Origin: Octopus bimaculoides
Taxonomy: Eukaryota
Direction of reading: 5' to 3'
NCBI RefSeq assembly: GCF_001194135.2
Contig: NC_068982.1
Span: 23,280,636-23,326,502, forward strand
Length of the DNA stretch: 45,867 bases
Below are positions 25,106 to 38,484 of this stretch, in pieces (position 1 is the stretch's first letter; every line of letters begins with the position of its first letter). The notes below the pieces were generated by a model, which had not been told where the DNA came from, ran no database searches, and saw nothing but the letters and a program-made list of their open reading frames with translations. The position numbers were made by a program, and so were the translations under genes.

Positions 25106-25874
25106 CATAAATCCACATTAGCCACAATACTTTAACACAAATGAAAACAAGTAATTTGTTTTGAGGAAAGATAACTTCTTACTTTGTGCTTTCTCTTCCT
25201 CCCTTATTTTAAAACTGAGATTTTCCTTACAGCATTAATCTTAGCAAAATCTATTGCATTGTTCATAATACAATGGATTTTACGTACAATTCAGGATGTA
25301 TATAATAATATAGAGTCAACATTACGGATTAAATGGGATTACCATCACTAATCTACGAGACATAGTAACCGAAAACTTCTGAGTGTCATAAAATCTCAAA
25401 AGATCGGAATGCATCAAATGTTTAGAAATGTTTACAAAAGATTTCATTGTTACCGTTGAAGATGTAGAGTTTAATGAATGTGAATAGATGAACAACAGAA
25501 AATGTTCGATCATTTATTTACACGTGAAGCTTTAGATACGAAAACACTAATATGTATGTATCTATGTAATGTGAAAGTGAAAGTGGACGTGTATGCAGAG
25601 AAACAGAGTACGGATAGATAAGCATATACAGAATCGTGCACACAGACATGTTTACGTTTTCTATTTTATGAAGGAAAAAGAAAGTGGTGAATAGATATTA
25701 GTGCTTATTATATAACGCCTTTTTTGATTTGTGTTTTTTTCTTTTGCATTTTATCTCGGCTCAAACGACACGAATCGGGGTCCTCAAGTGGAACTTTCCT
25801 GTTCCCCTTCATTTTATATATATTGAAACGAGTGGTTATCGTTCTCATTTGCAGTTACCTAATTCACTGTTATA

Positions 25875-25985
25875 CCCACACGAATACGCACACACACGAA
25901 TACGCACACACACGGACGCACGCATACACACATATACACGCACACAAGCACACACACACACACACACACACACTCACAAACATAA

Positions 25986-26020
<35 letters not shown>
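25875..26020. repeat. (CA)n compound microsatellite
   Basis: Directly visible. Confidence 0.95.
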
Positions 26021-26021
<1 letters not shown>

Positions 26022-28734
26022 TTCATGTCTTTATGCGGCATGGCCTGTCACTCTTTACATTATTTGTTGGTTTCTAAAATCATTTTGTTCTTTTGTATCT
26101 GTAGGGTGTTGTCTATGGTTTTCAACACAACATTTACGCTTTGTCTTCATTTGTGGGCTTTGCAAATTGTTAATTTAAGCGTGGCTTTCCTTTTGTACTG
26201 TTCTTGGTTTTTGAAATTCGATTCAGTATGTGATTTGTCACTGTTTATTTCCTTGTGTTGGTTCGCATATCATATCTCTTCATTATTTCTTTTCTAGCCA
26301 CTTGAAATGCACCGTTTTCAATAGCCGTCTCGCTTTTTTTATGGTTAGTATTCATTGCTTCTAAGTGATATTGTTTCTTATACACCGTTTATCTCACGCC
26401 AACATGGGTGATATTTATTCTGGTTAGATATTTTGCTGATTGATTTGCTGAAGTCGTTCCTTGTATTATTGTAGTTCAGTGGTTGGGATCGACGCTTCAG
26501 AGCTTTCGTATCAAGTTATTGATGAAATTTTCTTTTCAGTGATTGTAAATTTCTTTCTGTGTATGTATACAAGCAAGCAAGTTGTCCATATACACGTCAT
26601 CGTCAACTGTGTGCGAATATATTTATTTCACGAAAAGAAGAGAAAGCAGAAATTTAGAATCTCACCCAAGAAATGGATTATTTTTGCAAAGGAAAGGCAG
26701 TTAAAGAGTACCTGGTATATTGACATCTATTTGCAAATGAATACCTGACTACTTGACTCTACTGGAAAAATGTTGCAGAAAAGAAACGGGAATTAGTCGT
26801 CGGGTCCCAATACAGTTATAATATATAAGACTTGAAGCATATTGTTGTCATCTGTATACCAACATTCACTAAATGTCCAACACTACCACCTTATTCCAAT
26901 ATCTCCAGATGTTATATCACGATGAAATGCAAAATTCCTGTAGTAGAGACTGTAGGATTAAAATAAATGGGCATAAAATGAACGAATTTATTTCACCCCC
27001 ACCCAATCCACTTACAGATCTTTGAAAAGCATTGACCGAGTCTAGTACTCGAAATACGCTTTTAGATTTCTTGAGACTTGATGAAATAAGCCACTCGTAT
27101 TCGACTATTATTTAAGTTGTATAATTGAAGAGAAAAGTGTCGCAAAATCAGCTACAACAAATGAAAGCATCTCGGATGACATCCGTTTGTAAAACCTCAG
27201 CTACTTCAAAATGGAAGATTTGCTTAAAGAAAAGATGGTATCGAAAGTAGGACACTGTTAAAAAATTAAAAAAACAATAAAACACATTTTCTTTATAGAT
27301 TTTTAGTCTAACGAAATACATGAACATTTAATTATGAAGAGTTATGCAATCATATAGGCTTGTAAATACTGGGGTTTGCGTTCCTTTTAAATATATTTGA
27401 ATAATGGTGCGTGACAATTATTCGTATTATATAAATAATATGAACAAGTGCTGGCTAATTGTAAATGTAAGAGGCGTAGCATTATAGCCGAAATATTTTC
27501 ATTCTATGCTCACCTTTGAATATCGCAATATGTCTTTTCAACATTAACTTATATTTCTGAGTAATACTATAATGTAATCTAAAATATAAGATACATGAAT
27601 AGGCGAATCAAGGTTGTATAGTTTTTCTCGTTTTGCTGAACAGTTTTACCGAGAGAACGTCATAAATGTCGTTTCAGGCATTACAATTCCGATATATTCG
27701 AACATGAAAATATCATCTAAGTTTACATAATTGAATATTGATTTTCTTTATGAAATAGAAATTTCTGCATTGAAGAAGATTGTCGGCTATTTCTAGCAAA
27801 ACCGGTGAAAAATAAGAGACAAGTTGCATCATGAACATATCTGTAATTTCTAGATTGGGGTTACGTCGAAGGCAAGCTGCATTCATCTGAGCTCAACAGC
27901 TGGTGCACATATCCCTTTCGTTGTGCATTTCAGCATAGTTTTCATCGTTCTAATTAACTTAAATCCACCTTTTGAATCTGATCTTCATCATTATGCCCAT
28001 CTCTTCTATTATCAAAACCTACATGTTACCTTGATTTTCCCGCATTAAATGTTTGACCATTGACCATGAATTTGTTGATAATCTCTATTTTGAATTATTA
28101 TTGGTAATACACAAATGTTAACCTGATATATTGATTTTACTTCTGTTGCAGTTAATAATATTAAGGGCTCTTGTAACTGTTAAAATACCAAATAACAATT
28201 TATTTCTTAAACGATGATTTCAGTGCATCACGCAAGATATTCAGGCCATGAAAATCATTTCTCCTATAGGCCCAAAAGAGTTTGGGAAGATAATCGCTTT
28301 CCTGATTAGGCATGTTAAGTACACACAAACGCACGAGCACACACACACACACATATGTTTATACACACATACGTGCGAACACACCCATGCACACACTGAC
28401 ACCCAAAACAAAGACACACACACGCACACACGCTGGTAATTTTGTAAATTGTAAGAGGGACTCAAGTTTAGAGAGAAGAAGGAATTATGCAATCTCTTTT
28501 GAAATTGCATTTTTTCTGAAAGACATATTTCTTGTTATATTGTAAATGCTCTCATATATTGTATCGAAGGTGGACTTTTGGGGTCAACATCTCTGAAAGC
28601 TCTATTTTTAATTATACATTTCCAAGTTTTCCACCTTCAAATTTGCTATATATTTGTTTCTACTTTATGTAATGAGGTGAACAACCTTAAGTATTGTTCA
28701 TATGATTCGTTTTTATTCTTTTCTACACATGACA

Positions 28735-28975
28735 AAAGGCAGACGAAATACGGGAAAGCAATTCTCCCGGCGTGCTAACTTTTCTTTTCTACTCTAGGCA
28801 CAAGCCCCGGAATTTTATGGTAGCTGGCCGGTCGACTATATCGACTCCAGTACACAACTGGTACTTAATTTATCGACCCAGAAATGATGAAATGGAAAGT
28901 TGAACTCGGCGGAATTTGAACTCAGGACGTAGTGGCAGACGAAATGCCGCTAAGTATTTCTGCTAGCTCGCCGTG
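28735..28975 (-). mobile_element. SINE family A copy (28790-28975) plus an adjacent head fragment (28735-28779)
   Basis: CTGGTACTTAATTTATCGACCC...GAACTCGGCGGAATTTGAACTCAG...GACGAAATGCCGCTAAG...GCTAGCTCGCC is the reverse complement of family A. Confidence 0.85.
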
Positions 28976-30114
28976 ATTCGTTTTTATTACGATATCACAG
29001 TCTCCCTGCTTTGTTTGTTGAACTATGGAAGGAGCTACTTCCATACAAATTACAATCTTTTACCCATAACACCGTGTGCTACTTCTTTAGATTAACTTAA
29101 TTTTGTCTTACCGATATACTTCCAAGTTTTTTCATTCACAGTGATAATATCACTTCCAGTATCTAACTGCATTTTTACTCTTATATTTTTAATTTTCACA
29201 TTTACAAATTTCCATTTTCCTTCGACCACATCGTGTTTATCCTTTTTCATTTGCCCCAACGCTTTGTGAGTTTAGTTTTACACTTCACTTTTACGTGTCA
29301 AATTCTTGCACAATGAAGCTTTCATAAATGGGCATTTTTTTCTCAGGTTCATAAAAGAACATGGATTTTAGCGAGAAAACCTCTACATACGAAACATGGG
29401 TTTGTTCCCTGAGTTTTGTCCTGTTTGTACAGTATTTTAGTACACACTTGATTTCTATTTCTGTTTCACTTGGGAGTAATCTTTATGCTCAATTTTTTTG
29501 TGTTGTGTCTTAAATTTAGTAATCTTTCACACTGTTCTGGCACTTGTAGGGTTGCAGCTTGGTTTTTTTCTAGCTTGGCGAGAATTATTATTCTTACTTC
29601 TGCGTGATTTTCTACAGTTAGTGCCTGAGTAAATATCAGGCACTTGAACAGATCTGGCGTTAATTCGCTCAGTTTGAACACTTTACATTCCCTGTTAAAT
29701 CTCCCAGCATATGTGATGTAGCTTTTCTGGCTAAAAATTTTACACAATATCGCTATAGTGTTTTTAAAGTTTATGTGAGAAAGATTTTTCGGCAGTACGT
29801 AATTGTTGTAGCGCTCATTTTCACCCTCTGCTAGTTTTCTTAGGAGTAGACGCGTTTTCATATCGTCGTTCCAGTCTTTGCACTATCTTCTATAGTGCGC
29901 CTCGAAGATAGCTCCTTCGTCTGTTTCATACATACAGTTTTTTTTGAGTTCGTAACGTAAGCTGGCGAGAACATCTTTTCAGCATTTTTGACGGGTTACT
30001 CTTCATTAGTTACAGCATTTGTTGCTGTAATAGTAATTATTGTTTTTGCTCTCTTAGTTTTTGTTGTTGTTGCTGTTTTTGCAACTCGAGCAAACTAGCC
30101 GAGAATTTTTCCAT
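28975..30114 (-). mobile_element. Ty3/Gypsy retrotransposon gag + aspartic protease + RT sliver, inverted relative to the rest of the element
   Basis: Minus-strand order from the ATG at 30114: MEKFSASLLELQKQQ..; FSPAYVTNS..YETDEGAIFEAHYRR; KTRLLLRKL..ERYNNYVLPK..TYAGRFNRECKVFKLSELTPDLFKCLIF; PCFVC knuckle; KMQLDTGSD protease (29169-29149); then EVAPSIVQQT..DCDIVIKT (cf. RT KVAPAIFQQ..YLDDILIKS). Confidence 0.85.
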
Positions 30115-32030
30115 TAGAGAATATGGCTTCAAGTTAAAGGAACAAAAATGCGAATTCATTCTGAAGAAAATTAAATACTTGGGCCAGATAATTGACAAAA
30201 ACGGACGAAAACCGGATGCATCCATTGCAACTACAATAAAAAATATACCCACGCCGAATAATGTGACTATGATAAAAGCATTTAGAGGTTTAGTGAATTA
30301 TTATCAAATTTACATTTCTAATATACATAATGATTTGTTAAGGAAAATTGCGAAATGATGCTGGACTGATAACTGGCAGAAGGCATTTGACAAGTTAAAA
30401 AACATTTCAATATCGAACTTATCGTTAACACATTTCAATCCGAAGTTGGATATTATATAGGCTACATATGCGAGCGATTACGGTGGAGGAGCCGTGCTTT
30501 TGCACTAGTATGACGATGGGAGTAAAAAACTATAGCCCATGCGTCACGCTCGTTATTACTGACTTAAATGAACTACAGCCATATAGGAAAGGAAGCGTTA
30601 GCAATCATATTCGGTGTGAAGAAATTCTATAGATTATTCATGGAAGAAGGTCCTGTCTACAAACGGATCATCGCGCATTACTGTCACTATACGGTTGTAA
30701 AGAAGAAATACCAACTCACACACGGCGAATAAACTACAGCGATGAGGCACTGCATTATTGAATTATGATTACAAAATGGAATATTTACTGTCAAAAAAAC
30801 TAGGGCATGCGGATGGTTTGTCCAGACTGATAACAAAACGCTGCGAGCTATTCGAAGATACGGTAATTGCAGCATTAAGATCAGAAGGAGAAACCAGAAA
30901 AAAAAACTGCAATGTGGAATTTGATACGCGAATTATCGGTATCTCTAGAAGATATAAAATGAAATGCGGTAAAGTAAAACTTCATAACAGAAATAAAAAA
31001 GAATATTTTAGTCAGGAAAAATAAATAGGAACAGGATTAGTGCGAAACGAAACGAAGACGTGAACCTATACTCAATTTGTGATGGCGCACTCATGTATGT
31101 ACAAAGAGTAGTAATACCTGGAATATTTAAAAGAAAATGTGGAGGGAATTTCATGTTGGACATCCTGCTATTTCAAGGATGACAGCTTTAATGCATAGCT
31201 ACGCGTACTGGCCAAAAATGGAAAGAGAAATCGAAAATTTAGTGACAGGCTGTAGAGGATGTGCTCCAGCGGCAAAATTACCTACGATAATAAGTGAACC
31301 ATGTCCAAAAGTAGATGTTCTGTGGTCGAGGCAACACATATATTTCGTTGGTCCTTTAAATGGTGCATACTACTTAGTGGCCGAAATTTGTAAGCGTAAA
31401 AAGCCAACCTCTTCAACTTCGATATGGTTTTGTCTTTTGAGTTTAATATGTTTTGTAAAACGTTCGCTGCAGAACATGTAACTACGGCACCATAGCATCC
31501 CAGGTCTAAAGGACAAGCAGAATGCTTTGTCGATAGGTTCAAGAGAGCCGAAAGAAAGTGGAATATTTTAGGCACGGATGAGATAGCTCTACAACAGTTC
31601 TTAAGTGTATACCGTGTGATACCAAATCCAAATACACCAGCAGATAGCTCACCAGTGGAAGTGATGTTTGCGATGAAAATAAAATCAGTCTTCGACAAAT
31701 TGCTACCTGGCAAGAAAAGAAAACATTGCAATGGAAAATACGGCAAGATTTTCCAAAATTGGTGAAAAGGTATTTGTTAGGGCATATGAGAACGTGAAAC
31801 AAAGTTAAGAAGATGGTGCGATTACCAAACACGTGGGTAAAATATTAAACTTGGTAAAAGGAAGAAAAGGGGTATACAAGAGACACATGAACCAACTAAA
31901 AAATGATTCGTTGAGAGCGAACCAAAGAGAATGGAAGAATAAATGAAATGATTATATGATACTTTTCAAGTACCAACGCCAACTCAAGTGATTGAACCCA
32001 GACGCACAAGTCTAAGAGAGAGAAAATATA
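30113..32030 (+). mobile_element. Ty3/Gypsy pol 3' part: RT C-terminus, RNase H and integrase (pseudogenised)
   Basis: IREYGFKLKEQKCEFILKKIKYLGQIIDKNGRKPD; ATYASDYGGGAVLLH (RNase H DAS motif, mutated); NYDYKMEYLLSKKLGHADGLSRLI; HVGHPAISRMTALMHSYAYWPKM...CRGC (integrase zinc finger); HIYFVGPLNG; EHVTTAP*HPRSKGQAECFVDRFKRA. Confidence 0.92.
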
Positions 32031-32884
32031 AAAAGGTCCTGAAAGCGGATGCGAAACTAAAAAATATTAAATGTTTAACTGTATACAAACTAAGAATAAA
32101 TAAATAAATAAATAAAAATGGGAAGTGAGGTGATGTACAAATTATTGCTATTAAGAGAGATAAAATTATACCCATTAAGAAAATAAGAAAAAAACTTGAG
32201 ATGTTATGGGGATAATAGAAATAATGGTACACTCTACCCACGTGACAAGTGGTATGATTACAATTAAATTGTATTTTAAAAGAAAGATTCGTTAAAAATA
32301 GTTTTTGCTTATAGTATTTCTGTTTGTTTATATTATAATAAACGTATAGTTATGTATGGAACGTTTAGAATTTTGATATTTTAAATAATATTTTCTGTCT
32401 AAATATAATAAGTATTTAATATGCATTCATTTGTTATTTATTGTTGGTTGATATATACATTCTTTTATTATTATTATTTCTGTAATTTGACCTGAAAATT
32501 AGCTATATTTTTGAATAGAATTGATTTTCGATAGTTTTAATGGATTTAAACATTTTTCTGTCTATTTGAAAATTTGGTTATGAAACACGTGTAGTCGTTT
32601 TATTATCATTACCTAATGATATTTATTTTGTATTATATTATACTTATTTATTCTGCTTTTACTTACTAATTTTTATATGTGACTGTGGATTTTCATCGAT
32701 GAGTTCATGCACCTTGGGTCTTTTCTCTAAAACTATATATTTATATTCAATACGGTGAAACTTAATTTAATTTTAATTTTTAATAAATTAATTTAATTGA
32801 GTTTTTACCTGTAAATTTGTATTCTTATCCCTAATATTATTGTTATATGCAGGNNNNNNNNNNNNNNNNNNNNNNNNNNNNNNN

Positions 32885-32890
32885 TATATG

Positions 32891-32921
<31 letters not shown>

Positions 32922-33006
32922 ATACACATACATATATGAACATAAACATATTTACAACCATATGGGTGCGTATATGCAAATGCATGCATACATTGAAACC
33001 CACACA

Positions 33007-33047
<41 letters not shown>

Positions 33048-33072
33048 ACACACACACACGCATATATATATA
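32885..33072. repeat. (TG)n/(CA)n/(TA)n microsatellites after gap 32854-32884
   Basis: Directly visible. Confidence 0.95.
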
Positions 33073-33073
33073 T

Positions 33074-33520
33074 GCAGGAGTGATTGTGTGGTAAGTAGCT
33101 ATATATATATAGGCGTAGGAGTGTGATAAGTATCTTGCTTACGAACCACAAATTTCCGTGTTTAGTCCCACTGCGTGGCACCTTGGGCAAGTGTCTTCTA
33201 CTATAGCCTCGGGCCGACCAAAGCCGTGTGTGTGGATTCGGTAGACAGAAACTGGAACAAGATCATCGCGTATATATCTATGTGTGTGTATGTATCTGTG
33301 TGTGTGTGTGTGTGTGTGTATGTGTGTGTGTATGTGTGTGCGTGTGTGTGTGTGTGTCTTTGTGTCTGTGTTTGTGTGCGTTTGTCCCCCAACATCGCTT
33401 GACAACCGATGCTAGAGGCCGATAGAATAAGTACTAGTCTTATAAGTCCTGGGGTTGATTTGTTCCAACATGGCCGCAATCCAATGACTGAAACATGTAA
33501 AAGAGTAAGAGTAAAATATA
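33074..33520 (+). mobile_element. tRNA-derived SINE family B (33112-33520) preceded by a duplicated head stub (33074-33100)
   Basis: GCAGGAGTGATTGTGTGGTAAGTAGCT, then GGCGTAGGAG...TAGTCCCACTGCGTGGCACCTTGGGCAAGTGTCTTCTACTATAGCCTCGGGCCGACCAAAGCC, an internal (TG)n, and the tail CATGGCCGCAATCCAATGACTGAAAC. Confidence 0.9.
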
Positions 33521-33919
33521 TATATGTACATATGCTTGTGTGTAGAACTAGTAAAATTTATATGCATTTCGTAGATTTTCTTATGCTGAATTTGAAGACT
33601 AGGAAAAAAATTGTGTATGTGTTAATTTAGTGATAAGACAATTAATGTCATGAGGTACCCTCAAGATAAATAATTATCTGTTAAATTTAACATTAGCAAT
33701 ATATTTTCACTCTTGTTTACACAGAAATAATAGGATCCTGCCTGGGTGTTAAATGCCTGTGTGACTGTAGGTGAAAAGTAATAAACATTTAGATTGTACA
33801 AAAAAAAAAAAAAGCACGAATACACTATTGTACACACAAAATTCATTGAAGTAATATATAAGAGAGAAAAATATAAACATACGTGGAGAGTATGTCAGAC
33901 AAATACTATTTAAATAACT

Positions 33920-34135
33920 ACTGGGTTCAAATTTTGGCAAAAATACCAGTAAATTCGGGAGAGAGGATAATCGATTACATCGAACCACAGTGTAAGACTA
34001 CTAATTACTTTAGCGACACCGAAAGAGTGAAAGACAATGTCGATCGCGATGGAATTTGAGCTCAAAACATAAAGGCAGACAAAATGCCGGTATGCCTTCA
34101 TCTCCCAGTGTTACCGATTCAGCCGGCCCGCGACG
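33920..34135 (-). mobile_element. SINE family A, diverged
   Basis: TTCAAATTTTGGCA...ATCGATTACATCGA...GGAATTTGAGCTCAAAAC...GCAGACAAAATGCCG...GATTCAGCCGGCCCG. Confidence 0.75.
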
Positions 34136-34268
34136 TTGCCCATTCCTATAAATATGAAATATGCAAACACACAGACACATACATACACGCACACAGACAC
34201 AAACACACACATATCCACAGAGGCAGAGAGATTTGTATATATGCATCTCTCTTTCTCTCTCTCTCTCT

Positions 34269-34316
<48 letters not shown>

Positions 34317-34684
34317 ATATAAGCATATATATATATATANNNNNNNNNNNNNNNNNNNNNNNNNNNNNNNNNNNNNNNNNNNNNNNNNNNNNNNNNNNNN
34401 NNNNNNNNNNNNNNNNNNNNNNNNNNNNNNNNNNNNNNNNNNNNNNNNNNNNNNNNNNNNNNNNNNNNNNNNNNNNNNNNNNNNNNNNNNNNNNNNNNNN
34501 NNNNNNNNNNNNNNNNNNNNNNNNNNNNNNNNNNNNNNNNNNNNNNNNNNNNNNNNNNNNNNNNNNNNNNNNNNNNNNNNNNNNNNNNNNNNNNNNNNNN
34601 NNNNNNNNNNNNNNNNNNNNNNNNNNNNNNNNNNNNNNNNNNNNNNNNNNNNNNNNNNNNTATATATATATATATATATTTATT

Positions 34685-35105
34685 TATTTATTTAGTTATG
34701 GGTTTCAGCCAAGTGGCTGTGGTCATGCTGGAGCACCACCGTGATTTTCTGTCTTTATGCTTTGCTCTCTTCACTTTCCTTGCATGGCTCTTCTCCTTCA
34801 CCTGGTATAGTCCAATCAAGAGTTTTGACGGCACATCTGGTGTATAAGAGAATTTGACATCGCTGTCCTAAACTGTGTCTCATTTCGAGCCATTGGTTCG
34901 TCTGGTATCGTGGAGAGGAAAGCGTCGAGTTTCGTCTTGAATACCTCCGCATCCATATCTTGCATGTCTCTCAAATGTTTTGGCAGGGCATTGAAGAGCT
35001 GAGGTCCTCTGAAACCGAGGCTGCCGCAGTATCTTGTTCTTATGTGAGATGCAGTGGACGGCACCTTTGGCACCATGCAGTGGGGACCCGTGCGGGCATT
35101 CCTGT
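34685..35105 (-). mobile_element. LINE 3' end (CR1/L2/Jockey-group-like ORF terminus + 3'UTR + (TAAA)n tail)
   Basis: Uninterrupted RNARTGPHCMVPKVPSTASHIRTRYCGSLGFRGPQLFNALPKHLRDMQDMDAEVFKTKLDAFLSTIPDEP...SNSL resembles LINE ORF ends (..F..R....WN.LP......FK.KLD.FL). It is followed by a short UTR and a TAAA-repeat tail. Confidence 0.75.
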
Positions 35106-35147
35106 AGTACACACACACATATACGCATATATGCATATACACATACA

Positions 35148-35629
35148 NNNNNNNNNNNNNNNNNNNNNNNNNNNNNNNNNNNNNNNNNNNNNNNNNNNNN
35201 NNNNNNNNNNNNNNNNNNNNNNNNNNNNNNNNNNNNNNNNNNNNNNNNNNNNNNNNNNNNNNNNNNNNNNNNNNNNNNNNNNNNNNNNNNNNNNNNNNNN
35301 NNNNNNNNNNNNNNNNNNNNNNNNNNNNNNNNNNNNNNNNNNNNNNNNNNNNNNNNNNNNNNNNNNNNNNNNNNNNNNNNNNNNNNNNNNNNNNNNNNNN
35401 NNNNNNNNNNNNNNNNNNNNNNNNNNNNNNNNNNNNNNNNNNNNNNNNNNNNNNNNNNNNNNNNNNNNNNNNNNNNNNNNNNNNNNNNNNNNNNNNNNNN
35501 NNNNNNNNNNNNNNNNNNNNNNNNNNNNNNNNNNNNNNNNNNNNNNNNNNNNNNNNNNNNNNNNNNNNNNNNNNNNNNNNNNNNNNNNNNNNNNNNNNNN
35601 NNNNNNNNNNNNNNNNNNNNNNNNNNNNN
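35148..35629. other. Assembly gap (further gaps at 34340-34660, 36500-37200 and 38835-38844)
   Basis: N runs, mostly flanked by microsatellites. Confidence 0.99.
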
Positions 35630-36168
35630 CGCTAGACGACGTCACGATGTGTAAATAACATAACATGAAACAGCACGAAATACGAAAACAACATGAAATA
35701 CGAAGACGAGCTTTTTTATGCGAACAACGAAAGAAACAACAAAAAAAAACAAGACAAGTAACACAAAAAAAACAACCCTTCGTCAGTTGTCGGCTGCCCA
35801 TCTGCCCCTTATTTTGAGGAATCAACAACAATATGAGGCTTCAAAAAGGCAGTTGCGTCCGCGAACCAAAATAGAATTTGGGATTTGCGGAGGGTCAAAG
35901 TTGGTAACAAAAACAAGACAGTGAAGACATACAACAAACCAAACGAAAAGAAACATGGAGGTACATTAGGCTAGACGAGGCAAATTAGTGAACGCTAGAG
36001 GAATGGAATATTGTCTTTGACAAGAGAAAAGACATAGGAGGAGACAGATAAGAATACGTCTGGTCTGTACGACAGACTGCAGGAAAAGAGAGATGCTTAC
36101 GTGAAAAAAAAAGGAAGATGTACGATTGTCACGTGTGAGCAAAAGGAGAGAGTAAAGGAGAAAAAGAA

Positions 36169-36169
<1 letters not shown>

Positions 36170-36244
<75 letters not shown>

Positions 36245-36250
36245 CACAGA
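36170..36250. repeat. (GA)n microsatellite
   Basis: Directly visible. Confidence 0.95.
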
Positions 36251-36414
36251 CAGAAAACGGTAAAGTGGAAAGAAAATAAATAGAGACAGAAAGAGAAGTA
36301 AAACGAAAGGGGGAGATAGAGAATAGTACAGAGTAGAGTCGCATCAGAATTATAAAGATGAACTTACTTGGAAATGGATGCGTGGCATTCAGTCATATGG
36401 TAATATAAATAAGA

Positions 36415-36499
<85 letters not shown>

Positions 36500-38484
36500 N
36501 NNNNNNNNNNNNNNNNNNNNNNNNNNNNNNNNNNNNNNNNNNNNNNNNNNNNNNNNNNNNNNNNNNNNNNNNNNNNNNNNNNNNNNNNNNNNNNNNNNNN
36601 NNNNNNNNNNNNNNNNNNNNNNNNNNNNNNNNNNNNNNNNNNNNNNNNNNNNNNNNNNNNNNNNNNNNNNNNNNNNNNNNNNNNNNNNNNNNNNNNNNNN
36701 NNNNNNNNNNNNNNNNNNNNNNNNNNNNNNNNNNNNNNNNNNNNNNNNNNNNNNNNNNNNNNNNNNNNNNNNNNNNNNNNNNNNNNNNNNNNNNNNNNNN
36801 NNNNNNNNNNNNNNNNNNNNNNNNNNNNNNNNNNNNNNNNNNNNNNNNNNNNNNNNNNNNNNNNNNNNNNNNNNNNNNNNNNNNNNNNNNNNNNNNNNNN
36901 NNNNNNNNNNNNNNNNNNNNNNNNNNNNNNNNNNNNNNNNNNNNNNNNNNNNNNNNNNNNNNNNNNNNNNNNNNNNNNNNNNNNNNNNNNNNNNNNNNNN
37001 NNNNNNNNNNNNNNNNNNNNNNNNNNNNNNNNNNNNNNNNNNNNNNNNNNNNNNNNNNNNNNNNNNNNNNNNNNNNNNNNNNNNNNNNNNNNNNNNNNNN
37101 NNNNNNNNNNNNNNNNNNNNNNNNNNNNNNNNNNNNNNNNNNNNNNNNNNNNNNNNNNNNNNNNNNNNNNNNNNNNNNNNNNNNNNNNNNNNNNNNNNNN
37201 TATATATATATATATATATATGGGAAGTAGGATATGTCTGGAATGTGGAAAGTGTGTAATAGTTCACATTTAGACTGATGAGAAGTGTTTCTGTGCCGGC
37301 CATAGTTAAGTACTTCAATGGCATAACTGGAGATAAAATGGAGGTAGATGGAAAAGAGATGTTTATTCATGAAATTAACGTTTGATTTCAGATACTGACT
37401 CGCCTGACCATTAATTGTATGTAAATATGATGTATGTCATTTGACATCTTATTAAGCACCACTTACAATGTATACGCGTATGTCAAAATGAAGAAATCAA
37501 AGCTCTCTCGAAGCATAAGCTCAACACATACACACTCACACACATACATACAAATACACACACAAATACATACTCATAAACAAACACACACACATACATA
37601 CAGTAACACGCACATACATACTCATAAACAAACAAAACCACGCACGCACACTCTCATTGACATATCTCTTCAATGTTTTAAATATGTTTTGATACTTGAT
37701 GACTGATTGGATATGCTTTCGTTCATTTATACCCCCCCACACACACACATACACAGACGCACGTATGTATATGTCGGTATTAGAGGAAAGTTAAAGAATA
37801 ATAACAGAGCATTTTATGGTGGAAAACTCATTCAATTCTAAAGGTATAGTGAAATTTATTACAAAATTAGTCTTCACTGAAGATTTATTGAGACAGTGGT
37901 AATAAATGCTTTGTATGTTTCGATAAGGAAGAATACAGAAAGTTTCATTAGAGAAAAAAATAAAAGTTACCGAGATATTGAATGACAGTTGTTGTTCGAA
38001 TTCTAAATAAACTGAAATTGGCGTGTTTAAAAGTCTGTAAATAAGTTTAAATGTTGGTAATGTATGGTGATTAAATGACAACAAAACAAGAACTGTATAA
38101 CAAAATAGTGGAAACAAAATAAAATAAAATAAAATTAGAGCTGAATAAAAAAAAAAAACAATCCGTCATGTAAAATATATAAATGCAACTGTACTAATGA
38201 GAATATGGAAGTGAAAGGTTCTTAATTAGTCAGTAGTGATGTGTTTTATAATCGCATAAATATTTTAACGCTTCCTCTATAAGATATAATATGACTTAGA
38301 TGCTTCGAGTATTTCACTTGAATATGTTTATCCCAGTTCTTCAAATTGTGGCTAACACACCTGTAAAATATTCTCTTCACTATTAATGTAAATTGAAAGG
38401 AAATTGATATATTTTCCGCGTGATCCATGTCAAATAGCTACAACATAAAATACTATACGTAGCGAGATGGCACGCCGGACAAAA

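Noticed and set aside
32131-32247. Possible Gypsy 3' LTR (TG...CA after the purine-rich GGGAAGTGAGG)
   Set aside because: No second copy in the window and the polypurine tract is imperfect; boundaries cannot be supported.
35630-35950. A-rich segment resembling an interspersed repeat I associate with octopus DNA
   Set aside because: No second copy or diagnostic motif in the window; family cannot be supported.
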